Assembly (NCBI RefSeq): GCF_032191835.1
Contig: NC_083228.1
Span: 27,094,001 to 27,158,000, forward strand
Length of the DNA: 64,000 bases
Direction: 5' to 3'
From: Heteronotia binoei
Taxonomy: Eukaryota
Under the pieces are notes generated by a model. The model was given only the letters and a program-made list of their open reading frames with translations. It was not told where the DNA came from and searched no databases. Shown piece after piece: positions 23,965 to 36,524 of this stretch. Position 1 is the stretch's first letter, and each line of letters starts with the position of its first letter. The position numbers were made by a program, and so were the translations under genes.

Positions 23965-24205
23965 TAGCCACCCTGGATTGGAAGGATTCATGGAGGAGAG
24001 GTCCATCCATGGTTACTAGGCAAGATGCCTAGGGGGAATCTTCGTACCCAGAGACTGAAAATCTCTGAATACTACTGCTAGGAGGTAATGCTGGGAGGTT
24101 TTGACCTCAATGCCCTGTTTGCTGGCCCTCAAGGGCAACTGGTTGGCCAGTGTGTGGAACAGGATGCTGGACTAGAGGAACCCCTGCTCTGATTTAGCAG
24201 GGCTC
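23965..24205 (+). mobile_element. CR1 3' end, split at its tail by solo LTR A
   Basis: caactggttggccagtgtgtggaacaggatgctggactag...ctgatttagcagggctc; the tail resumes after the LTR as tttttgtgttcttat (25138-25152). Confidence 0.8.
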
Positions 24206-25132
24206 TGTGACGGTAATGAACGGGTTAACAAGAAAACTAAGGACGCATAGAGCCTGTGTCAGGTGATCTGAGGGTGGGGGCCAGAGTGCTCGGAACTCTC
24301 AGAGGTGATTGACAGCTAATGGCTGAGGGCAGTTAGTGTCAGAACGGAGTCTGAGGGAGACTGCTGAAGAGAGCAGTTGGTCTGAGAAGGAGCTGAGACA
24401 GGAGCTGAGGAGAGTCTTCGAGAGAAGCAAAGCTCACTGTTCACTCTATAAGGACAGCCAAGGGGCTGTGTGTGACTAGAGAAGAGTCACAGTAAAAGAC
24501 CTGAGAGATCACAGACACAGAGACACTTCTCTTAAGAGCTAAAGAGGTGGTTGAGGGAAAGATGTGGGTCTAGAGGTTTGAAGGGTTGGGAGAAGAGATA
24601 CCAGTCGACAAGGGACTTGGCACATTATACCCAAGAGGCCAACCTAGAATAGTGTTGGAGAGTGAAATCTATATGATCTGTGAAACCTGAGAGACCTAAG
24701 TGAACTAGATATTATAAAGCCTGAACTACGAAGAAACTGTTAACTGCTTGAGATACAATATAGCCCATGTATATATTTCCCACTCCCCAGTTGAAGACAG
24801 TGTGTGTATGTTAATAAATTTCTGTGGTTTACTTTAAATTTCTTTGGTGCCAGTATATTGGGAAAGCTATCAAAGCTGCGTTGGTCCCCTACCTACAAAC
24901 TGAGTTTATATCCATCTGAAAGCAAAAACAACCCCCCTGAAGAGACTGGTATTGAGAAAAAAACAACCCCCCTGAAGAGACTGGTATTGAGAAATCCATA
25001 TTACACCCACCCCTTGAGTTCCATAGCTGTGAGGTAAAATTTTAAAAGAAGAACTGAGGCGGAAGAGGGGCTGGGGTAGCCATAAGCCGCATATAGTAGT
25101 GATCCATTGAGACCGCGAGGCGTGCTGTTATA
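24206..25132 (+). mobile_element. Solo LTR A (927 bp, TG...TA ends, 5-bp TSD GGCTC)
   Basis: TGTGAC...GTTATA between ggctc (24201-24205) and ggctc (25133-25137); TATA-like at ~24446, AATAAA at 24813; ~35-bp internal tandem duplication at 24929-24994; homologous along its length to 48709-49605. Confidence 0.88.
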
Positions 25133-25282
25133 GGCTCTTTTTGTGTTCTTATTGTGGCTCAGTCTTCTGCATTTTAATGTTGCGTTTTTCTTCTCCTGCT
25201 GCCTGAAGCTGGAGGCAGAGTTTGCAGAAGAGAAGTCCTGGGGCAGGCAATGCTTTAAGGCCTCTGAATGACTTCCCGCATA

Positions 25283-25395
25283 GATAGATCCAGATGGGCA
25301 GCCATGTCGGTCTGAAGCAGTAGAACAAAGTTTGAATTCAACGGCACCCTTCATTGGTCTTAAAGGTGCCAGTGAATTCAAACTTTGTTCTGCTT
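25283..25395. mobile_element. Penelope-like element remnant (short inverted structure)
   Basis: gatccagatgggcagccatgtcggtctgaagcagtagaacaaagtttgaattc is the reverse complement of the 1150-1207 type sequence, followed by an inverted arm. Confidence 0.55.
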
Positions 25396-25974
25396 CCCAT
25401 GTGTTATCTGTCATCCTTGATGGATAGTTCAGTATTTTGTTATTTCTGGTGGTCTGCGGCAGAGAAACCACAGCTCACAAGCTTGCGTGGGGAATTTATG
25501 GAAGAAGTGAAAGTTGATTTCAACGATGGAATTTCTAGTTTGTAGCCCAGGGTGCAGCTGTTAAGTGGATGTATTTGATTTTATTTGGAAGCATCCACAT
25601 GCAAGGGAGGTTTGAACTGGAACTGTGCCTGCATCCCAAGGTGCCATGGGCCTGGGGAAGAGGGAGTGGGAAAAGGCAAGAAATAATTTATTATTCTTTT
25701 ATCCTGACCTACTGTCAAGACTGTTGTGAGGATAAAAATGAAGGAGGGGGGGAGCCATGTATGCCCTCGTGAGTGGCTTGGTGGAAGGGCTAATTCATTT
25801 AGAGTCTATTTTTAAAAAAATAAATACATATGTGGAGGCCCTCAATAAGTTTATGCTTATCTGTTGTTTTCACAGAGGAGAAATCTACCAAATCTAGCTA
25901 TGATAATTCAATGGAACCACCATATCAATGTGCAGTCTACCTCCTAACACCAGCTGCTGGAGAAAGACTGGGGG

Positions 25975-26130
25975 AACATAAGAAAAGCCGTGTTAGATCA
26001 GGCCAATGGCCCATCCAGTCCAACATTCTGTGTCACACAGCGGCCAAAAATACACACACACACACACACACTGTGGCTAAGGCCACTGATGGACCTCTGC
26101 TCCATATTTTTATCTAACCCCCTCTTGAAG
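25975..26130 (-). mobile_element. CR1 3' terminal fragment with internal (AC)n
   Basis: aacataagaaaagccgtgttagatcaggccaatggcccatccagtccaac; same tail as 35547 onward. Confidence 0.85.
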
Positions 26131-26293
26131 GGGAAGGTCTCTGGCCTTCATGGAATGCATACCTCTGCCTGGTCACCATTGGAAACTGGGTACCGGAGTA
26201 GGCAGGCCTTTGGTGTGATCCAGCAGGGCTTTGTGGGTGTTTGTATGTGCCTGTCAAGGACTATAACATCTCTAAAGTAACCATGGTTTAGGG

Positions 26294-27958
26294 CAGTGTT
26301 TCCCAAAGTAGGCGATATTGCCCCCTGGGGGGCGCTGGAACAATCCAGGGGGGCGGTAGTAGCCTTGGGTGCAATTGGGGGGCAGTGAATAAAAATAAGG
26401 GGGCGGTGGAAGCATAAAGGAAGAAGAGAAGAGGGTGGGAGGTGCCAAAACATCACATTTCTGGGTCCAGAATTTCTAATTTAGAGAAAAATTCCAAGTA
26501 ACAAAAATAGAGGATTTTTTTTTGTCTGGTACTTAGTGCGAATTCATCCAATTAGGCTAGTAATGAGGATCAGAACTCTGTCCAATTAAAAAATAAGAAG
26601 GATGCCGTTTATTTACAAGTCAGAATAAAAAATAGAGGTGTACAAACAAGAAACACAGAAACAAAAAACCTTACTAGTCTATCCTAGCCAATACTTGTTA
26701 CAGCTAGCAGCTTCTCAAGGTTGCTTGCAGTTTCTCTCTCAGCAATACAGTTTAAATCAGGACAGTGGAAGCATTGAGGCAATTGCACAAACCTCTCTGA
26801 AGAGTTCCAACCAGTGGCTTTCTCCTCACAAAGTTTTCTGCAGAGATTCAAACTTCTTACAGTCTTCTGGTTATCAGTTGATTGCTTCTGTTGCTTTCAG
26901 CCAACTGCAGTGCCCCAGACACAGTGTCTTCTGCAGGGTCAGCGCATGGGAGTAGGCAGGTTAGGCAACCGCCTAGGGTGTCACCCTGCCAGGGGGCACT
27001 TCTGGGTGCCCCCTTACTCCCCCTTCCCATGTAGCATGATCGTGCCAGCCAGCAGGCAAGCCGAGTGCCCTGGGTGGTTTTCTTCGCAGGGCAAATGCCT
27101 TTTCTTCGCAGGGCAAACGTTGCCTGCACTTGTCGAAGGCTTCCAAGGGAGCCTCTCAAGAGCGCCCCATTTTACTGCTGCCTGCTGCTTTCAGGTTAAA
27201 AGTGGCTGGGTGGCGGCGCCTTCCCATTGCACTAGTTGGAGCTGATGAGCGCAATGGGAAGATGCTCCCCATCCAGCTGCTTTCAATCCAAAAACAGCAG
27301 GCAGCAGTAAAACTGGGACACTCTTTGGAGGCTTTGAAGGCTCCTACAAGCACAGATGTTTGCCTTATGAAGAAAAGCGGCATTGCGGCAGCACTTGTGT
27401 GCACCACCCAGGGCTCTGGGCTTGCCTGCTGGCTGGCGTGATGACATCATCACCGGCATGTCAGGAATATTCCCCCATAGGCGCACACGGGAGGGGGGTG
27501 GTGTGTGTGGGGTTATGCCTAGGGTGGTGGAACCCCTAGCGCCGGCGCTGGTCTTCTCTTCCTCTTCTTGAGTTTTGATATTTTACTAATCCACTTATAT
27601 CCCTGACTGGCTATCAAAGTGCTAGAATTGTGCAACCAATCACTGGTACAAAACAACCAATTTAGCTGGGCTCATCTTGATCTTCTCCTGTCAAATACCT
27701 GTCAAACTAGATGGCCTCCTGTCAGTTGGAATTGAAATTTCAAAAATTCTCTGTGAATGTTACTATAGTTGATTTTATAAAATAATTTTAGAATTTCACA
27801 CTTTAAAGTGACTTCTTTACAACATCTTTGTTTACTCTATGTGCAAATATGTCACTGCATCTTTTAGTCCACTTCTTGAAGGTAGATTTCCACGGGGGCG
27901 CTAAGTAACTTTTTTTCTGAAAAGGGGTCACTGGGCCAAATAACTTTGGGAACCTCTG
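26294..27958. mobile_element. hAT (Charlie-like) non-autonomous element, 1.67 kb, containing a nested MITE
   Basis: TIRs cagtgtttcccaaa / tttgggaacctctg; perfect 8-bp TSD gtttaggg. Confidence 0.88.
26934..27550. mobile_element. hAT-type MITE nested in the Charlie-like element
   Basis: Ends cagggtcagcgca / tagcgccggcgctg; TSD gtcttctg/gtcttctc. Confidence 0.8.
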
Positions 27959-28389
27959 GTTTAGGGCAACCAAACATGTACCAAATAAGGTCCCCAAGGT
28001 GGCAAGCATTAAACGTGAGAAGATTTCAACATTAAAAACAATATCAAGTACAATAATTCAATAATAAAATACAAAAATTCCAAAAAGACATTTAAACATA
28101 TTCAATACTCAAAACCTGAGAGGAGGCTAGCAGAACAAAGAAGTCTTTACCCACTGGCAGAAGACAACCACAGTGGGAGATGGACAAGCTAGTACTATGT
28201 GAGAAGGAAAACAGTATTATCTACTTTCTTCATCCATGCATGATTGTATAAACCTCTGTCATGTCCTTCCCACACTCCAAGTCATCCATAAAAACAATCA
28301 CTATTTTAGGCTCTCCAGATATATAATCAGTCCAGAGAGACCATTGATACTTCTGACATAAAATAGTCCAAACGTCTAGCCCTGCAGAG

Positions 28390-28605
28390 CGTTGCTGACT
28401 GTGGGTCAGGAAATTCCTGGAGATTGGAGGGTGGAGCCCGGGGAGGGGTGGGGTTTGGGGAAGGGAGGGCTCTCAGGGGAGTGTGATGCCAGAGGGCCTG
28501 CCCTCCAAAGCAGCCATTTTCTCTAGAGGAGCTGATCTCCGTTGTCTGGAGAACAGTTTCAACTCTGGGAGATCTCCAGGCCCCACCTGAGGTTTGTCAG
28601 CCTCA
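28390..28605. mobile_element. hAT (Blackjack-like) MITE, reverse orientation
   Basis: aaagcagccattttctctagaggagctgatctcc...ggagatctccagg is the reverse complement of the 8703 family body. Confidence 0.6.
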
Positions 28606-29090
28606 CCTTGGAGAGCGACTCACATTCAAACCCCCCAAGCCCCCATGATCCAGAGAGCAGTCTAGAGCTATCTGTTGGCCAATAACAACTCATTTATTTC
28701 GCAATTTCAGGTGAGACCGCTATTCAGTCCATTAAGGACTCCTGCTTTTAATCAGATGCAGAATTCTTAATGTTATGCCACTGTAGTTTAACAAAAGCTA
28801 GAAGACATCCCTATATCATTTGGAAATCCTCACTCTGAGTCAAAGGGCTCAAAAGACTGTTAAATTTATACCTCAGCATTCATCTTTTGAGATTATTAAT
28901 AGTAGGTTTTATGGTTCCATTCTAAATCACCTAGTTACTTTTTTAAAGTTGGGAGCATTGGGTAATAATAAATAGGAAATAAATAAAAATTGAGGTGTAG
29001 AAGGAATTAAAAATAAAGGATATAAAATAAAATAACGCCCGATATACTGAGCAAAATAAGAAAATGAAGAAATGTTATGACCATATTTGG

Positions 29091-29104
29091 ACGCTAGGTG
29101 GCAC
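29091..29104 (+). promoter_or_regulatory. Candidate CTCF binding site
   Basis: ACGCTAGGTGGCAC matches CCASYAGRKGGCRS at 12/14; lies in non-repeat DNA followed by a CpG-retaining patch. Confidence 0.5.
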
Positions 29105-29554
29105 TGCTTGATCATAAGAAACCGGATGATTCACTTGCGCCGACACAGAGGCGAGGGGACGAGGCAATAACCTGCAAAGGGACGAATCTCGGTATTTTCC
29201 ATTTGGGTTTCAACCATTTGGATCCTCTAACCTTTCTTCTCCACCCGGTCCCCCCCCCCCCGAATAGTTTAAAGCAGAACGGGTGTGAGGAGTTTTCTTT
29301 GGTGCCTTTCCATAAGGGACATTTTGACTTCACTGTCCACTAACGTTTTAGAATTTCTTGAACGTTCAGAAACTATGTAGATTTTGAAAAATCTTAATCT
29401 GATCTCTACTGGCTGCTCGTTCTTTTGTGATGGCGATAACTGGGTGTTAAAACAAAGGCAGATTTTGGAAATGGTGACTGAAAATAAAGCACTTTGCAGT
29501 CAGCTTGGAATTCTGTAGCCTTTAAATTATTTGTTGTCATCTGCTGATGTAGCT

Positions 29555-29735
29555 CATAGCATCCCGGAAGCACCAAGTTGGAAGGGCCCATCCAGGCCAT
29601 CTTGTCCAAACCCCTGTTCAATGCAATATCAACCTAGAGCATCCCTGACATGTGTTTGTCCAGCCACTGCTTAAAGTCTGGTGAGAGAGGAGCTCACCAC
29701 CTTCCATTGTTGAACAGCTCTCACTGTAAATGTAC
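29555..29735 (-). mobile_element. CR1 3' fragment
   Basis: gttggaagggcccatccaggccatcttgtccaaacccctg...ttccattgttgaacagctctcactgt is the reverse complement of a typical CR1 3' end. Confidence 0.7.
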
Positions 29736-30599
29736 ACACTAGAAGCCACTACAAACCACTGGTAAAATGCTGAATGAGACACATATAAAACAAGTGGATT
29801 TGGGTCCACTAAAATTCACTAAAGCTGCTGAACTCATTTTTTTAAAAAAATCATAATTTAGGCAAGAAAAATTTTGACTCCTAAAAATTTAATTGCTGGA
29901 ATGCAAACCCTTACAGAACCCTAAATGTTTACCATGTATTGCTCCTCCAACCCCACCTTTTCAAAGAGGCTTTAACTTTGTTCCCCAATGTCATCACATT
30001 TCAGTATCCCTCCCTTGCATTTACCAACATCCATCCATTGGTACTCTGTTTCTTCCCCAACTGTGGATATTAGACTGCATGCTCGTGGGACCTGTTCTGG
30101 AAAGAACCACAGCCACAGACTGGGTAAACAAAGTCTGTCAAGGCTAACTTGCCACACAGAGATGAATTGTGTCAATGACTGCGTGATCCACCCAACGCAA
30201 CTATTAAAAGGTACAAGTCGCCTCAAAGAATGGATGCTCCCTCCAAATATCCCAGACTACTACTTCTACAGCCCATCCTCACAAGAGGAGTGGAGCAGCT
30301 TCATAAGATCATGACAATTGTTGGATTCTAACAAGGTTGCCATTTTCCCCCTGGCCTTACAGGTATTCCCAGCAAGTGCAGAAGCCCCAGTATTAATCTG
30401 CTGCATCCATTAGAATGCTTGAGTGTTCATGGCCGATGTGTAATTAAAGATGCACATGCCCCACAGGTATTCCTTCCGCACTTGACATGCTCTCTGTGGG
30501 AAAACTGTGGTGCTTCTCGTGACAGTTGTAATGTGCAATATTGCTTGGAGTTTCACCTCCATTTTGTGATTCATGAGCTGTAATTTCCCTTTCCACAAT

Positions 30600-30800
30600 G
30601 GCGTGCTCTGACTTGGTTGACTCAGGCTGACCCAATCTTATCAGATCTCCGAAGTGAAGCAGGGTCGGCCCTGGTTAGTCCTTGGACGGGAGACCCTCAA
30701 GGAAGTCCAGGGTTCAACTCAATGGCAAACCACCTCTGTTTGACTCTTCCCTTGAGAATCTTGTGGGGTCACCAACTTCACAGCACTTTTCACCACCACC
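30600..30800 (+). mobile_element. 5S rRNA-derived SINE (SINE3), decayed
   Basis: cagatctccgaagtgaagcagggtcggccctggttagtccttggacgggagacc head; tggcaaaccacctct body. Confidence 0.8.
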
Positions 30801-31124
30801 GTCACCACAATGGAAGTCTGAGCCAATCCCAAAGGGCATCTGCTTCCACTGAAATGCTATATTTTATTACAATTGTTCAAAACCATTGTCTTCCTCCAAG
30901 GAAATCAGGGCACTGCACACGAACACCCCTTTCATTTCCCGCCTCACAGCCCTGTCAGGTAAGCAAGGCTGAGAGAACATTCCCAGCCCAAGGTCATCCA
31001 TTATGATTCATGGGCTGAATGCAGATTTGAATTGGTTTCTTTCCTGGTCCCAGTCTGACATTCTTACCCACTACTACACCCTGCTGGTAGTTAGATCTTT
31101 GTAAACAGACATCTGTATTGGTAT

Positions 31125-31335
31125 TTATATATCCCGCTTCGCTTCCTAGTGGGGATGGACCCAAGTGGCTGACAGTGTCATTCTCTCCTCATCCATTTCA
31201 TCCTCACAGTGACAACTACCCTGTGATGTAGGCTGGGTAGATTCGGCAGTGTGGCAGGCCTGAGGCCACCCAGCAAGTTTCCATGGCAGAATGGGCATCC
31301 AAAGCTGGGTCTGAGGCACTAACCACAGCCCCAGG
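31125..31335 (-). mobile_element. Older MIR/Ther1/Squam3-related SINE
   Basis: atttatatatcccgc tail; catcctcacagtgacaactaccctgtgatgtagg core. Confidence 0.6.
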
Positions 31336-31836
31336 CCAGCTAACTGATTCTTCCACTCTTGGGTCTGCCTTGCATAGCCTTTTCCGGGCAGGATGGTTGG
31401 CTCAACCATAGAAACTGAGGATCTTGGGCAACTTTTCAAGCACTGTTACTTCCTCCTTGGTTATTTTTCCCCCATTAAGTCCTCTACGTCTGCTCTCTTT
31501 TTTTTGGTAGTGTGAGGAACCTTTTCCTCTTGACTTAGGATTAATTGGTTTCAGCTGCCACCCTGAGTGTCAATTATCCTCTCCAGCTGCTTTCCCCAGA
31601 GGTTTAACCACTTCATAGCCACAAACTTCTGCTTCTTTGGATGGCTACAGATTCCAGTGGAGGTAGATGCGTTAGTCTATTGCAGGGGAAAAAAAGGCCT
31701 TAAAGGATTATGCTTCAATAAATCAAGTGCAATCAGATTCCCTTTTGACATTTCGCTCCCTTTTTGAGTGCATCTAGTCTGGTCACTAACCCGGCAGTGG
31801 TTACGGAGAGAAGGGGGAGAAAGAAGTCCTTTAAAC

Positions 31837-32235
31837 CAGGGGTCCCCAACCCCTGAACCATGGACCAGTACCAGTCTGTGGCCTGTTAACAACTGGGCCA
31901 CACAGCCTCGAAGCAAGGAAGAGCAGCCGCACCGCCTCATTCACCTGCCCCTTCCCCTACTCATTTAAAGACCCCCACCAATCAGCTGATCGGCGGGAGT
32001 CTTTAAATGGGAGGGGGAGGCAGATTGGCTGCTTCTGTCCCTCGCTGTCTATTGGGGAGGCAGCAGAAGCAGCCCCAGTCTCCCCCCCCCCCCCGGAAAC
32101 CCCATGGAGGGCAGGGATGGGGGTGCAAGGGGTAGCTTGGGGTGGCAAAACCCCCAGCGCTGCCCTCCCCTGGTCCCTGGAAAAATTGTCTACCAGGAAA
32201 CTGGTCCCTGGTGCCAAAAAGGTTGGGAACCGCTG
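31837..32235. mobile_element. hAT (Charlie-like) MITE
   Basis: TIRs caggggtccccaacc / ggttgggaaccgctg; perfect 8-bp TSD ctttaaac. Confidence 0.9.
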
Positions 32236-32931
32236 CTTTAAACACATCCAATATCAGGACATCCCAACGAAGCTTCAGAAGTCAGTTGGGTTCATAGAAT
32301 TCCTGAACATTGACAATTATCTGTCCTGTCCTCAGTTATGGGGTTGCCAGCTTTGGAGCAGGGCCCTGTAGCTGTGTCTCTAAAAGCCCTGTGGTCTGCA
32401 TTAAGTGTTCCTGCTTAATGCCTGTGCTGTGAAAAGGTTTTCCTGCTGATTTCTTCAGGGCACGGCTGCTGTGTGCAACACAAGAGGCCTGCAGCACAAG
32501 CATGGGCATTAAAAGAAGTAAATACAAGAGCAAAAAAACTGGTCTATGTCCCCCTCCCCTTGATTGCCAGGCTCCGACTCTGGGGGGGGGGGGGGTTGCA
32601 TACCTTTAAAAAATGGCACAGCAGGGGAAATTCTGCCATATGCATTTTCTCTTCTCTCTGCAACACTCTGCTACCTGCACATAGTAAAACCCTCTCTTTG
32701 CCAAAACAGATTACTGAATCAGCAAATTGAGGCTGGCCTTCAAGCTTAGGACATGTGAGATGGCCACTCCAGATTCTGTAATTTGTGTAATTCAAGCATT
32801 CACAAGAATGAAGCCAATGTTAATAGTGTACATTGAGAGTGCTTTAGGAGAAGACCTAAAATGGGATCTTATTTACTGTTATAGGCAGCTTTCCTTCCAT
32901 ATGGGCCTCAGAACAGCTAGATAGAATGGTT

Positions 32932-33113
32932 CAGGGCTTTTTTTGTAGCAGGAACTCCTTTGCATATTAGGCCACACACCCCTGGTGTAGCTAATCCTTC
33001 AAGAGTTTACAGTAGGCCCTGCAAGAAGAGCCCTGTAACCTCTTGGAGGATTGGCTACATTAGAGGGGTGTGGCCTAATATGCAAATGAGCTCTTACTAC
33101 AAAAAAAGCCCTG
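32932..33113. mobile_element. hAT-type MITE
   Basis: TIRs cagggctttttttgtag / ctacaaaaaaagccctg; perfect TSD gaatggtt. Confidence 0.92.
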
Positions 33114-34219
33114 GAATGGTTGTGCCTTCGTCATAAAAATAAAAGTGAAGTAGCATTAAATAAAACTAACAACAACACAAAAAGATGCACAGTTCTCAAA
33201 AGGAAGCTGATATGGAGAGTTCTGGAAGAACTGTAGGGATAAGTCATCTGAAGGCTTTCTAGAGTAATCTTGTTGGACCTCCCTCAAGTGAGAGTTCCAG
33301 AGCATGAATGCCACTACTGTGGAAGGAAAAGAAAAATATTTCTAGCAGTAGACTATTAAAATTCAGAGAACAGTGGAAGCCTAAGGCGATACCTCTCCAG
33401 CTAAACTGGTGGCAAAGAGGAAAGGGCATGTTGGCCATGGTGCTGAAATTTTGGAACTCCATCCCCAGTGAGATTCATCTGATGGTGGCATTTTCAGAAA
33501 GCTGCATATTTTGTGAAACCAGCAGAACCTGTGTTGAGTCTTTCTGTGTGAAGCTCCTTTGTTAGTAGGTCAACAAAGGGCATAAAAAAAATCACCCAAC
33601 AAGAATAATGCAGCATCTCCTCATCCCACAAGTCCCAGCTCTGCTTAGCATAGCACAGATCACATGTCTTTCTTTTTTCCCAGGCTACACCATTTTGCAG
33701 TTCCGTCAGACCTCAGGAAGAGTCTTTTGGCAGAGGCCCAGTGTAGTTCATAACATGGCAGTGAGAGGAAGGTAGCACAGCATTTGGGTGTCTTGGGCTT
33801 CTGTCCTCCGAATCTAGGCACCTCCATATGCTCTGGATTATGAATGTCCACTGAACATGGCCTGGGACCAAATACCAGAGCACTGGCTTTTATTTTGGCA
33901 AGAAAACTACTGGTGGGCTGCTTTCTCCATCTCATCATTGACACAAAAGCAGCTGTAGCTGGCTTTTTCCTCCCTAGCCTATGGGCCACGGCACACATTC
34001 CACAGTGACAAACCAAAGTGTCCAGTCAATAGGGAGTTGTGGCCAATCCAAGTTCCCTAACAAGTACACAGGGGCCAGCTGTGTTTGGAAACATGATTTT
34101 TGTCATTCTGTGCTTTGTCTTCAAAAGAGTAAACAAAATGTAATATATGAATTGGGCCTTAACAATTCAAATCACAGGAACCATCCGGAGTCTTCTCTCT
34201 CCCTCCCCTCCCAGGGAAG

Positions 34220-34480
34220 CAACAGATGAGAACAGCAGGCCAGCATCAATTATTGTTGGGTGTTGACGAGAATCAATGAAAAGAAAGCGAGAGAGTTGTG
34301 AAGAGGTCACTTTAGTGGCTCTTTCATTTTACCTCAGAGAAGGAAGTTAGCAAAGCAGAGCCTCAAAGGAGCATTGAAAGAAGGCCAGAGACAGGATAAT
34401 GTGCCGGGCTGAGGGAAGGAATCCCCGAGCCTGAACCACAGTGTCTTAATTATCTGTCAACAATTACTCCTTTCAGGGTG
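34220..34480. promoter_or_regulatory. Candidate conserved enhancer (Onecut/FOXA/E-box/TCF/homeobox motif cluster)
   Basis: Repeat-free; CAGATG 34223, ATCAAT 34245 and 34272, TGTTGAC 34261, AGGTCA 34304, TCAAAG 34363, TAATTA 34447, TGTCAACA 34455. Confidence 0.35.
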
Positions 34481-35415
34481 GAACATATGGTAGATGGTTT
34501 GCTTAAGAAAGAAAACAAAAATACTTTAGACACTTAAATGATGTTGGAAAAACAGTAGAAATTGTTTTAAAGGGATGGCGGGGAGCGGGGGAAGGGGGAG
34601 TCACACTTGGGACACGCTTTCTGCAGAAGTCAGCTGGGTTTAGTTTTCTCTAACAGGGTTGTTCCCGCTGCAGGTCGCCAGGACCCATACTCTCCCTTTC
34701 TCGGCGGGCCGCTTTTGAGGAGAGGTTCTGTGCTCATGGGCTGAGTTTAAGCTTGATGAAGGGAGTGCCTTCATGTGGGAAAGTAAAGGGAGAACTACTA
34801 GCAACAGCTCCCCAATGCATTCCATTTATGGACACATGGCTACTTCTGTTGTAAATAACAACAATGACTTTGGATGAGGAGACGGGTGCCAAAACCCGGT
34901 TGAATCATGGGAATGGGATGGAATTTCAGCCTGGAAATCACTTAAGCTACCTTTTGCAATTAAAGTAACTGAGCAAAGAGATTCTGCTTAATTAGACCTT
35001 GGATAAATTCATTAAAATGAAAGCAAAACCATTATGTTTTCCTGTGGGAAATGGAAGATTTTAGTACCTAACTAGTACCACTGATTACACGTATATAGGA
35101 ATACAGCACTTTAAAATTGATAAATACTAGAAGTATGGATTCCACTTTAAAGAATGCCATACCTTGTACTACCAACAGAAGCAGAGGTCGAATTATTTAG
35201 TGTCTTTTGATGGGTTAATGTGAAGATGCTGTAGGATGGCCTGGTTTTTTTTTGTGTGTGTGGTGTCCCCACCCCCCACCCCCAAAGACCTTGAGTAGAT
35301 GAGTTTCTCTTTTCCTTATTGGGGAAATTTACATGTACTGATGGCTCCATATGGAATGTGTTTGACCATCAAACTTACCACATTTGAATGCAACAATCAG
35401 ATGTAAGCCTATCAC

Positions 35416-35546
35416 TGGGGTTTCCATCCTCCAGTTGGTGTCTGGAGATCTCCTGCTATTACAGCTGATCTCCAGGTGACAGAGATCTGTTCACCTGAGA
35501 AAATGGCCTCTGTGGAAGGTGGAGTCTATGGCATTATATTCCATTG
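35416..35546. mobile_element. First half of a Blackjack-like hAT MITE split by the CR1 insertion
   Basis: tggggtttccatcctccag...tattccattga; the complementary second half lies at 42078-42161, ending tggcagcccta. Confidence 0.75.
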
Positions 35547-36524
35547 AACATAAGAACATAAGAGAAGCCATGTTGGATCAGGCCAATGGCCCATCCAGTC
35601 CAACACTCTGTGTCACACAGTGGCCAATATGTGTGTGTGTGTGTGTATACACACGCACACACACACACACATATATATACTGTGACTAATAGCCACTGAT
35701 GAGCCTCTGCTCCATATTTTTATCCAAACCCCTTTTAAAGCTGGCTATGCTTGTAGCTGCCGCCACCTCCTGTGGCAGTGATTACACATGTTAATCACCC
35801 TTTGGGTGAAGAAGTACTTCTTTTTATCCATTTTAACTCAACTGCTCAGCAATTTTATTGAATGCCCACGAGTTCTTGTATTGTGAGAAAGGGAGAAAAG
35901 TACTTCTTTCTCTACTTTCTCCATCCCATGCATAATCTTGTAAACCTCTATCATGTCACCCCGCAATCGACATTTCTCCAAGTTAAAGAGCCCCAAGCGT
36001 TTTAACCTTTCTTCATAGGGAAAGTGTTCCAAACCTTTAATCATTCTAGTTGCCCTTTTCTGCACTTTTTCCAATGCTATAATATCCTTTTTGAGGTGCG
36101 GTGACCAGAATTGTACACAATAAGACCGCACCATCGATGTATACAGGGGCATTACGATACTGGCTGATTTGTTTTCAATTCCCTTCCTAATAATTCCCAG
36201 CATGGCGTTGGCCTTTTTTATTGCAATCGCACACTGTCTTGACATTTTCAGTGAGTTATCTACCACGACCCCAAGATCTCTCTCTTGGTCAGTCTCTGCC
36301 AGTTCACATCCCATCAACTTGTATTTGTAGCTGGGATTCTTGGCCCCAATGTGCATTACTTTGCGCTTGGCCACATTGAACCTCATCTGCCACATTGATG
36401 CCCACTCATCCAGCCTCAACCAGATCCCTTTGGAGTGCCTCACAATCCTCTCTGGTTCTCACTACCCTGAACAATTTAGTGTCATCTGCAAACTTGGCCA
36501 ATTCACTGCTTTCTCCCAACTCCA

